Source: Lepidodermella squamata (taxonomy: Eukaryota; Animalia; Gastrotricha). From it: 64,000 nt of DNA. Below are positions 50,801 to 61,324 of the stretch, in pieces. Below the pieces are notes generated by a model, which saw only the letters and a program-made list of their open reading frames with translations, was not told where the DNA came from and did not search any database. The first letter of the stretch is position 1. The number at the start of each line of letters is the position of its first letter. The position numbers and the translations under genes were made by a program. The DNA lies in assembly GCA_047495785.1 (NCBI GenBank), contig JBLDXI010000001.1, forward strand, positions 806,001 to 870,000, given 5' to 3'.

Positions 50801-51636
50801 TTAATTAATTTAATTTAAATTAAATTAAAAAATATCAAAAATTGTGATGAGGCCGAATATTCCTGGTAAATAAAAACAGTCTTTTGTACAGCTTTTGTGA
50901 TAAATGATAAATTGGGAAGTGTTCATATTTTTGTTTATAGTATTATTTTGCGCTATTATTAAAGGTCATCTACGCGAAGACTTCGACGATGGTTACATCA
51001 AGCGCACAAGCCTATAGCCTATAGGATATGTTATCACTTGTCACAGGTAAAGATGATCATGGTTTGATTGCCTCCCCGCTGAGATCGGGATTTTCCTCAA
51101 AATCGCACGAAGTGCTGCGACCTGATGATCATACGCTTGATTGTAATAACATCATTCGAAAATGAAAACCGTTCACCGTCGCATGAAAGTGACTCGTGTT
51201 TGTAATATACCAAGCACCTGCACGGTCCGCAGTGTATCGATCTCAAACACACCGCGCCCGGAAAAGCTCACCCGTGAACGAGACGGAAAATATGTATTAT
51301 AACTCACTTTCTTTTTCTGCGAATTTTTCATGTTCATCGAAGTTCCTATTTCAAGCTATAAAGCTGAATCCCGATTAATTTATTGAACCGCTTTCTGAAT
51401 GAATCGTGTAACACTATCAGAGATAATTCTGGAATGAGGTCACTCTGGGGCCGAGCGAATGACCTATTTTCTCTTTTGGCGGTAGATATTGCAGGTCAAA
51501 TTCGGACATTTTATTACTTCGCACAGCGCATGGCGTCATTTTAGTCATAAAATTGTACTTACTTCTGCAGCCAACAGCTTGCATAGACTTTTTCAATTCA
51601 TTTCTGATATAAGCAGTGAAATTGTTGCTCTCGATA

Positions 51637-52618
51637 ATGTCCGGTGAATCAAACGGATCTGGCGATGAAAAGTTGAGCTTGGTCTACTTCGACGGCCGAG
51701 GGCGAACTGAGGTCATTCGCTACTTGTTCGCTTATGCTAACATCGACTTCGATGACGTACGCATTAACATGGGCGAATGGGAAACTATGAAATCAGGTTT
51801 GCTTTTTTGCGGTCATTCATTTTATCGATTTGCTCCGAGCTTGTTTTTATTTCAGATCTACCATACGGGCAGCTTCCAGTGATCAAAATTACGAAAAATG
51901 GCGAGCTTGTTCGGATGATGAGCCAGAGTGGCGCTATCCTGCGTACTTACGCCCGTATGTACGACCTGGCTGGCGATTCGATGGACGAGTTTGGACGTGC
52001 CGACGAGATCTTTGAATGGTATGTATCACTCTACGTTGCGGTCTTGCAAGTTTTGATAATGATTCTTCTGAAGCACGCGTGACATCAATGAAGCAAGTGA
52101 CAAGTTAGCCTGGGAGTTTGACCCAGAGAAGAAAGTAGGTTTGGCTGATATCTAGTCTTCAATTTTCAATGGCTTTCTGAGCAGGAATCAGCTGTTATTG
52201 AAGTTCAGAAGCGTCTCAATCGTTTCCTGGCCGTTTTTGAAGATACTCTGAAGAAGAATGGTGGCAAGTTTCTGCTCGGCGGAGAAAAGGTTTAGTCCAA
52301 TATTATTCTTCACCGTTTGGTTAATTTATTCCAATGATCGTGATAGATTTCATTCGCTGATTTTGCGGTTGCTAGTCACCTGGAGGACATGATTCTCGGA
52401 CAGAGTATCAAGGTCGGTGATGTGAATTGTGAGTTCTAAATGCTGCTTTTTAACGGCCTTACAAAATTTCAATATTTTTTATAGACACCCGCCCGCCGTT
52501 GATCACAGAAGATGACCTTCGCGAGAAATACCCTCATCTGGCCGCACTGAAGGATGACATCGAAAACTCACCTGGTATCAAGGCTTATCGAGCCAAGCGT
52601 GTCTTGACCGGTTTCTGA
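51637..52618 (+). CDS. Glutathione S-transferase, sigma-like, copy 1 (6 exons)
   Basis: YFDGRGRTEVIRYLF, LPYGQLPV, SQSGAILR, ISFADF, IKAYRAKR. Five GT-AG introns splice in frame. Confidence 0.92.
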
Positions 52619-53102
52619 GCTGACGGTCCCGAGTTTCGAAAAATTTCTGACAAGTGACAGAACATTTTGAATTGACTTTGCCCACCTATATTTTCCTGTC
52701 GTAATATTTGGTCAGTGTTTAGAGTTTAGAGTATTCAGATGGCATAGATGTTTTTTTCCTCTGAGAATAAACTTAGTGTCCGGCATTTACGTTTAACTTC
52801 GGTTTTACTTGAAAAATCTATTTTCGAACAAAAATTTCGAGCAAACGAGAGAAGCCGTACAGATGTTGCTAAAATAGTAAACATGTCGGTGGTTTCACCG
52901 CCACATCCATATTTTTGCCAAAACCCACTCTCCACTTGTTAACGGTTAATTGATCAATAACTACCAACGTTCAGAACGCGCCGGTTCTGATGAGGGATTT
53001 TGCTCGAAAGATTGTGACTTTCTCTTGTAGTTCTTCTGCTCTTCTCTCGCAAATAACCTCACAATGACGGCTGTGATCAAACAATAACTAGCCAGCGACA
53101 CT

Positions 53103-53338
53103 GGGAAAATCTTACGCCGGTACCAAATTTCATTTAATTCAATACCTAACCATTTTATTCGTTTTTTAACTGGTTAGGGTTAGGGTTAGGGTTTGGTTAG
53201 GGTTAGGTTAGGGTTAGGTTAGGGTTGAAGACTGGGTCTTCAAATTGGGGATTTGGAACTGTTTGGAATAATTTGGTACGGAATTCAATGATGTTTGGTA
53301 CTGAATTCAATAATTTGGTAATGATTTCACTATATCCC
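53103..53338. mobile_element. 236-bp insertion with 9-bp TSD carrying telomere-like repeats
   Basis: AGCGACACT at 53094-53102 and 53339-53347; ends GGGAAAAT / ATATCCC; absent from the paralogous site near 56530. Confidence 0.75.
53172..53226 (+). repeat. Interstitial TTAGGG/TTAGG repeat tract
   Basis: ggttagggttagggttagggtttggttagggttaggttagggttaggttagggtt read directly. Confidence 0.9.
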
Positions 53339-53348
53339 AGCGACACTA

Positions 53349-53530
53349 CAGGGTGGCCAAAAAATTCCGCAGAGCGGGAATTCGATGCGCATCATTTTAA
53401 TGAGAAGTTTCAAGAAATTGAGGAGTTCCATTGGCAAAAGAATGCTTGAATTAAACTTCTTAAAACTCCTCATTAAATTAATGCGCAGCGAAAAAATTTC
53501 CCGCTCTGCGGAATTTTTTTGGCCACCCTG
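53349..53530. mobile_element. Palindromic Tc1/mariner-type MITE (182 bp)
   Basis: TA|CAGGGTGGCCAAAAAATTCCGCAGAGCGGGAA ... TTCCCGCTCTGCGGAATTTTTTGGCCACCCTG|TA; the empty site with a single TA is at 56536-56537. Confidence 0.92.
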
Positions 53531-54770
53531 TACTGGTATTGTAAGCTATTTGGTCAGTGATCGCATTCGCAATTCGGTACCCGCGCTTGCCAATATGACG
53601 CGCGCACGCCTGAGTGAAAAAATAGTAGTGCAACGCGATCGATACCATGGAGCTTCCTAATAACGATAAATCGAATGACAATAATTACTTTCAGTTGTTC
53701 GAGTACTTGAGCTATTTTTATTTTGCCGAATCCGGTTCAAGGTGATTTTTGATAATATAATGAATTAGATAGAGCGCTTCTCGAGTTACACAAATTCGTT
53801 TTTGAGCAGCTATCAATGATTTTTCGATATTTTCAATGGAAAAGCAACTCTCGAAATTCTTCAATTTTTCCAAGCTCCTCATTAAAAAGATGAATGAACT
53901 TCGCCCCCTGCACTAGTATCATTATACACTAGCTGATAACAGTCGACAACAATCAAATTTTGGGCATGTCGGAAAACGCACCTTTGAATGGCGTTTTTTT
54001 TATTAAAACCGAGGTGCTAATTTTGTCAGCGCTGCGATCAATTTTTCGGTTAGCCTCACAACTCACAACAAAGAAAACACGATCTGCACGTCTGATGAAC
54101 TCATTAGCTCATAATTGTTGACTCCATGTCTAAACAGCTATGTTTGCATAACAACGCAAAAAAGAGTTCTTGCTTTTTCTCCGCAAAAATCCAACAGGAA
54201 ATTGATTTTAAATAAATCGATTAATTTGGTAAAATTTATGAAAATTCGAAGAGTTTTTAGTGATTTCTGACTATTATTTTGAATCCAAACTTTATTACTC
54301 AAAGTTTTAAAGCAATCGATGCGCGTGCTCACCCTCATCCCCGCACGCGTTTTATTCTGCGCGTGAAAATTCGCTGAAGCCACTATCGCGTCCCAACTTG
54401 ATCATCTCCAATCCCAACTTGATCATCTCCAATATGAAGTCGCGTGCTATTTCGGGCCGCCTTAATTTTCGCTATCATTCTATTGTGTCGCCCGGCCGAT
54501 TTATTAAACCGCTGTTTGAATGAAACTTATTACCAGCTCTCAACACCATCAGAGATAACGCTGTGTCACTAGCAACGGCGAGCGAATGACCTACTTTTTC
54601 TCTAGCTGGCAGATATTGCAGGCTGCGCAGGTTAATTTCGGACATTTTATTACATGCTCGTGGCTCTTCATCATAGTCCTTTAATTGCTCTTTTTCCGCG
54701 GCTAACAGCTTATACATCATAGAATTGGTTACCCTTCATTTCTGATAGAGTAACGTCTTTGATCTCAATA

Positions 54771-55760
54771 ATGCCCGGTGAATCAAAAGGCGAGGAAAAA
54801 CTCAGCTTAGTCTACTTCGACGGCCGAGGACGAGCTGAGGTCATTCGCTACTTGTTCGCTTATGCTAACATCGACTTCGATGACGTACGCATTAACATGG
54901 GCGAATGGGAAACTATGAAATCAGGTTTGCTGATAGCAATCACCTCAACGGTGTTCATTGCTCTGAGCTTCTATAAATATTCTTTGTATTTCAGATCTAC
55001 CATACGGACAACTTCCTGTGATCAAAATTACGAAGAATGGCGAGCTTGTTCGGATGATGAGCCAGAGCAGCGCTATCCTGCGTACTTACGCTCGCATGTA
55101 TGACCTGGCTGGCGATTCAGTGGATGCGTTTGGACTTGCCGACGAGATCTTTGAATGGTATGTATTATATCTCGCTGAGGTCTTGAGAATTTCGACAATA
55201 ATTCGTCTAAAGCACCCGCGACATTTATGAAGCAAGTGAAAAGTTAGTCTGGGAGTGTGACCCAGCGAAGAAAGTAAGCTTGGCTGATATCAAGTCTTCA
55301 ATTTTCAATGGTTTTTTGCGCAGGAATCGGCTCTCATTGAACTTCCGAAACGTCTCAATCGTTTTCTGGCTGTTTTTGAAGAAACCCTGAAGAAGAATGG
55401 CGGCAAGTTTCTGCTCGGCGGAGAAAAGGTTTAGTCAGATTATTCTACGCCGTGTGGCTGATATGTTATGACACTAATCGTGATATAGATTTCATTCGCT
55501 GACCTCGCGGTTGCTAGTTTCCTGGAAGACATGACACTGGAACAGAGTTACAAAATCTATGAAGCGCTTTGTGAGTTGTGAATACCGCTTTTCAATGGCC
55601 CCAAAAATGTCAATTCATTTTTACAGACACCCGCCCGCCGTTGATGACAGAAGATGACATTCGCAAGAAATACCCACGTTTGGCCGCACTTAAGGATGAC
55701 ATCGAAAACTCACCTGGTATCAAGGCTTATCGAGCCAAGCGTGTCTTGACCGGTTTCTGA
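54771..55760 (+). CDS. Glutathione S-transferase, sigma-like, copy 2 (6 exons)
   Basis: Same exon structure as copy 1 and near-identical coding sequence. Confidence 0.92.
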
Positions 55761-56811
55761 GTTCCGAAAAATTTCTGACAAGTGACAGAACATTTTGAAT
55801 TGACTTTCTCCACCTCTATTTTCCTGTTGTAATATTTAGCTAATGCTTAGAATATGCAAATTGCATAGAAGTTGATTTGTTTATCCGCTGAGAATAAACT
55901 TAGTATATCGGGCATTTGCGTTGAATTTCGGTTTTTCTTGAAAAAATGTCTTTCGACCTCAGGCGTCGCGAACATTAATTCGAAATTCGCGTAAATAAAA
56001 TCAAAACGTCGCGCAAAACATTAAGATGTGTGCAAAGTAAACAAAGCGCGACACGTGATACGTGGCGTAACCAGGAACTTTTTTGGTAGTTGTTAAGGTT
56101 CTGAGAGTGAAATTTTCATTTTCCCCCAGGAGAATCCAAGGTCGACGAGTGGGGATTTTCAGTAGGAAATATCGGCATTATCGGGATTTGGAGCAATACG
56201 AGAAAACTTTTGGGAATTATGCAAACATTTCTTCCACGTTATAAGTAATTTTAGCCATTTTATAGGGAAAATAGGCCGAAGAGGGGTTTTGAGTTTTCAG
56301 TTAGGTAGTTGTTTGAACAACCAAAACAACCAGCTGGTTACGCCCCTAACGGCATTACAGTTAAATATACCTCGATACCTTGATTAATCGATTTATTATA
56401 ATTGATGATTAAACACCAAAGTTGCTGAAGATTTTGCTCGAGCGATCGTGGCTTTCTCTTTTATATATTTCTTCTGCCATTCTTGCGAATAGCCTCAATT
56501 GTGGTATGTGGTCTAACGATATTTGTCATCGACACTACTGGTATTGCAAGCTATTTGCTCAGTGATCGCATTCGTAATTCGGTACCCACACTTGCCAATA
56601 TGCTGCGCCTCAGTGAAAAATGGTGGTCGCAACGCGATCGATACCCGGGAGCTTCCTAATAAAGATTGATCGATTGAAAATATTTGCGATATTCCTTTTG
56701 GCAAATCGCTCACACTTCCCCATTTGAGCTGCTGACAATGATTTTTTTTCAAAATTGAAGATAAAATTGACGTAATCAAGCCGCTTTTATTTCGCATTTT
56801 TTAATCTAACT

Positions 56812-57982
56812 TTAGTCAAAGCAGACAGTTTTAACAATTTCCGCCGATACCAGATACGGATCAGCGTTACCAGCCGGTCGGCGGTCTTCGAAGTAACCGC
56901 AACCACTCTCAGCACATCTCGTCGGAATTCGAACACATGCGTCGCGGCACCCAACTCCCCACCGAAACTGATCCATATGACCACCTAAAATCCTAATTTT
57001 GTTCTCCTCGCCGCCTTTCAGGTCGTATATCGCCAAGTGCTCAGGATGCCGCTTTTCCAGCTTTTGACAAGCCTCCTTAATTGATCTGTTAATATTATTA
57101 AATTTATTAAAAATATTCGCGAAGGGCGACTATCAAAACAAACACTATCCCGATATGAGGAGTCCGCATTTCTTGAGTAGAAAAGTTGAAGTGCGCCCCC
57201 GTTGTGTAGTGACTCCCGAGTTCGGCAACCGGCTTCGGTGCCATCGTGAAGTCGACGCCGAAATCTTCGCAAACTCGCTGTAGGATATAGCGAGATACCC
57301 ACAGGTGATCGCCGGCCAAAATACCCTCACATGGGCCGACTTGAAATTCCCATTGAGCGAGAACTGACTCCGCATTTGTGCCATCAATTTTAAGGCCGGC
57401 GTAGAGGCAAGCTCGAAGGTGGGAATCCGCAACATAGCGACCAATGACCTTCACGCCACCAGCGCCACAATGACTGGGACCTAAGCCTTGTCTGGGCAGA
57501 CCGCCTTTCGGCCAACCAAGCGGCTCACCATGAATGTCGACTAGGATATATTCCTGTTCGATGCCGAACCATGGGTGAAGATTTTTAGCCTTATCCATAA
57601 CCGCCTTACATTTGGCGCGGTGATTCGTATGAGCCGGCTCGCCATTCTTCATGTAAGTTTCGCAAAGAACGAGTTTATTACGCCCGCGGAGATGCGGATC
57701 GCGGAAAATCGCAACAGGCCTCAGGGTCATTTCAAGAATATCGGATGTGGCCCTATCCATAGGGTTTGACAGGGTGATTGATTCCCATTCTGGGAGGTGG
57801 GAGACGTCTCTTGGCTCAAAGTCCAATATCTTGCTTTTCCCACGCATTTGATTGCCGGCAAAGGGGCAGACCCAGATGTAGGTGGCAATGACTTTGTCGT
57901 GGCCACAGTCCAGCTCGGCATACCGTTCGTAGACAGCATTGCTGAGAACTGAATTTTTCGACTCGAATAGCAGTCCAGACAT
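56812..57982 (-). CDS. Glutamine synthetase type II-like protein, divergent copy 1 (2 exons)
   Basis: ATYIW, PVAIFRDP, KLVLCE, PWFGIEQEY, ACLYAG..I.GTNAE...QWEFQVGP, HFNFST, VRIP, GYFEDRRP. Confidence 0.9.
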
Positions 57983-58381
57983 TCTGATATCGCTGAAATT
58001 CCACAATTTTAGATGTGCAACAAAATTAAGAAATCACATGATAATGAGCACAGAGCCCGGGCAGACGGCTATAGGGACTGGCGATAAAGTTTCTGCATGA
58101 CAAATAGGATATGACATTTGGAATTTTTTGCTGCTCTGGAGGGCAAACAGCCAGAACAAACATTTCCCTACAGACGCGATACAGCAGTCAATAAACTCAG
58201 CAATGTCGTTTATTTTATATTTTGCAAAAATCGGTGTAGGATCCATCATATATTATTATTATACATATACTGTAAGGCGAAAAATCGTGATTGAGAAATA
58301 TATCGCTGAGGAGCTATACAGTATAATGCAAGCAACCAGAGATATAAATTTTAAGGCACATTTTCCGGGTCATCATCAGAA

Positions 58382-59552
58382 TTATTCGTCCAAACAGGTT
58401 GTTTGAACAATCAGCTGGGTGACAACGTAAGGATCAGCATTGCCAGACGGCCTGCGGTCTTCGATATAGCCACTGCCGACCTCGGCGCATCTGCCCGGGA
58501 TTCGAACTGATGTTGATCGCGTTCCGATGCCCCATGTAAAGTTGTCTCGTTTCGATTTTGAGAGTCGCGATTTGTTCTCCTCACCACCCGTCAAATCGTA
58601 CTTTTCCAGGTGAAATGCGTGCTTTTTCTCCAATTTTCGACACGCATCTTCCATAGCCCTGGAAAATAAAAATAAATAAATTAAGCCAAAAAAAACAGTC
58701 GTGAAAACCCCACTTTAAGCCACCAGGTTTGCGCATTTCTTCCGTTGAAAAATTGCAATGAGCCCCTGTGGTAAAGGCTTCGTCAGCCTCCTTAACCGGC
58801 TTCGGCGCCATTGTATAATCGACCCCGAACTCTTCGCAAACTCGCTGGAGAAGATAACGAGCGACCCAGACGTGGTCCGGCACTGTGATACCTTCAGCTG
58901 GGCCAACTTGGAACTCCCATTGCCCGGGTACAGCCTCGGCATTTGTGCCGTCGATTTTAAGACCGGCGTAAAGACACGCGCGAAGATGAGAATCGGCAAC
59001 GTAGCGGCCAATGACCTTCGCCCCACCAGCGCCGCAATGGCTCGGGCCAAGACCCTGCCTCGGGATGCCCCTTTTAGGCCAGCCCAGCGGTTCCTTATTC
59101 ACATCCACCAAAATAAATTCCTGTTCGATACCAAACCAGGGATGGAAGTCTTTCGCCTTTTCCAAAATTTGCCTGCAGGTAGCTCGATGGTTCGAAGCTG
59201 GTGGTTCGCCGTTTTTCAAGAAGGTCTCGCAAAGGACCAGCTTATTCTTCCCCCTTAAAAACGGATCAGGAAATATTGCGACAGGGTGGAGGTAAAGCTC
59301 AAGTAGGGTTGAGTGCATATCTGTGACGTCTTCCATGGTTACAGCATCCCATTTCGGCAGTTGAGCTGGGTCGGTTGGTTCGAAGTCTAGCACCTTACTT
59401 TTGCCTCGCATTTGGTCGCCGAAGAACGGGCAAACCCAGATGTAAGTCGCGACGACTTTGCTGATGTCTTTGTCCAGCTCAGCATATCGGTCGTAGACCC
59501 TGTGGCTGAGTACGTTATTCTTGGACTCAAGCAGAGAGCCGAAATTTGACAT
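58382..59552 (-). CDS. Glutamine synthetase type II-like protein, divergent copy 2 (2 exons)
   Basis: Same motifs and same intron position as copy 1. Confidence 0.9.
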
Positions 59553-59981
59553 TTTTTCAATATAATTTTCCTGGGAAAATAAATAGCACACTATATTTCG
59601 GTAGCGCCAATTTGCGCCACTGCGCGCCAGTTACAGCCACCCGCGGCGCCGCGTACTTGAGTGTGTGCAAACAAGGCAAACACCGCATATTCTCGCCGTG
59701 GGATAACGCCCGCACTCGGGCGGTTTAAAGTTAAGCCTTGAACTATTCCAAAATTCAATGAACGGTGTTGACTTAAAGCGCATACTTCGACACGCTATCG
59801 ATTTCCGAGTATTGAAATGAGAAATGGATAAAATAACACGTCTTTCCGGGGTGTCTTTGTTAAAACACTGATGAAACCATCGATGCGGTGAGTACCAGCA
59901 GTATATTAACCCCAAAATTCCAGAATTTCAGCATTAATAGTCAATTCTGCATCATTTTCAAACCCAATTTCGAACAAAGCT

Positions 59982-60926
59982 ATGCTATCAGCTGTAACAG
60001 TGGTTGTAGCCATTTCTTCGTGCATTTCAATTTTGCACGCGGAGCCACCTCAACTGGCTCCTGGTGTTGGCGCTTCAATCGGTCGCCAGTGGTATCATCA
60101 GCTGGCGTCAAACAATTCAACAGCCATGGTCGAATTCGTAAATTCATTGCCGACGCTCTGTTCATCAAACGACGCCGCGGAAGATTTGCCTGTTCGAATG
60201 ATGGCCGCCTACTACGACGCCAATAAGTTGGCGCAACCCGACTGCACCGAGCCGACGTTCGATTCCTGCATGGTTTCCATTGGCGGCGATACCCTCAAGC
60301 GATGGCTGGAGTTTCGCTATCAAGCGCCGTATGTGTGCCAATTTATTTCTTACCAAAATCAATCTTTAATAGACCAACTTGACTCGCTCCTTGTAAATTC
60401 CCGGTATTATGAGCAAATTAAGGTGGCGATTGAGAATTTTTTTATTCGTTGCGCCATATCTCAAATTTTCTGGTTGCCCAAGATGGAAAATGAGTTTAAT
60501 ATTGCCCGTGGGTTAGTTTACGTTTTCCTTATTACAATCGGTCTTCTATTTGCTTGCATCTGCTCGAAAGTATTGATAGTTTTCGCATTGCAAATGACAT
60601 TAGGGGAAATTCTTATTTCAATTTCGTTCCTACTAACTGATGACATCGTCAATGATAACATCTCGCCGCATCTGATCTGCCTTATTTTTCGTTACGCCCT
60701 TACTGTGCGCTTTCTTTTCTACAACTGTCCCAAAAACTCGGAAATAGGAAAGCTTTTAATGCTAGTGAAATGCTGCGCGAAACAAATTGTTGTGAATTCG
60801 CGAAAGCGAAAGGCGGCTACTTTCGATGAAGAAGCTCTCGTACCCGCATTAGACAGTCCGCCGAAAAATCCGCCTCGCAGAACAACTCGTAGTTCTAATG
60901 CTTCAAATCGTAATAACGCTGCTTGA
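59982..60926 (+). CDS. Signal peptide + Cys-rich luminal domain + TM segments; putative Kar5/GEX1/Brambleberry-like protein
   Basis: LPTLC...PDCTEPTFDSCMVSIGGDTLKRWLEFRYQAPYVCQFI spacing resembles the Kar5/GEX1/BMB Cys-rich domain. It is followed by helical and hydrophobic segments and a basic tail (RKRK, RRTTRS). Single 314-aa ORF. Confidence 0.5.
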   Translation: MLSAVTVVVAISSCISILHAEPPQLAPGVGASIGRQWYHQLASNNSTAMVEFVNSLPTLCSSNDAAEDLPVRMMAAYYDANKLAQPDCTEPTFDSCMVSIGGDTLKRWLEFRYQAPYVCQFISYQNQSLIDQLDSLLVNSRYYEQIKVAIENFFIRCAISQIFWLPKMENEFNIARGLVYVFLITIGLLFACICSKVLIVFALQMTLGEILISISFLLTDDIVNDNISPHLICLIFRYALTVRFLFYNCPKNSEIGKLLMLVKCCAKQIVVNSRKRKAATFDEEALVPALDSPPKNPPRRTTRSSNASNRNNAA

Positions 60927-61324
60927 AACTGTTCTCTCGTCTATTTTGAACTAACAATGTCTTTTTTGAGAAACTAGCCCACTTCTGTAATTTTTCGAGT
61001 CTCAATCTCTTGTACAGTTCGGTTAAAGTTTTGCCGCCGCTTTTTTCAATTATTCGCGAAGGTTACTTATTACTATTGTTATGAAAAATGACAGTCTTGT
61101 TTTTCGGCTGAACTAACAATTTTGATTTTGTGAGCTTGGGAACTTTTACTTTCAACGTAAATTGTTGCTTTTACGTGGACGTTTTTTATGATGTATAAAA
61201 AATAAAATCACGAGATTTCGGCTCCATGGTTGAAGAAAACTTGGAAACCGACAAGCTTTCAATAATTAATTTTTGTGTTTTTTTGTTATTTAGAGCTTTG
61301 TTTTACATTGAAATTCTGCATCGC

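Noticed and set aside
53172-53226. True telomere or fusion scar; taxonomic marker
   Set aside because: Short, degenerate and inside a TSD-flanked insertion, so it cannot be used to assign the organism.
54391-54432. Perfect 21-bp tandem duplication
   Set aside because: Two copies only, no spacers; ordinary slippage, not CRISPR-like.
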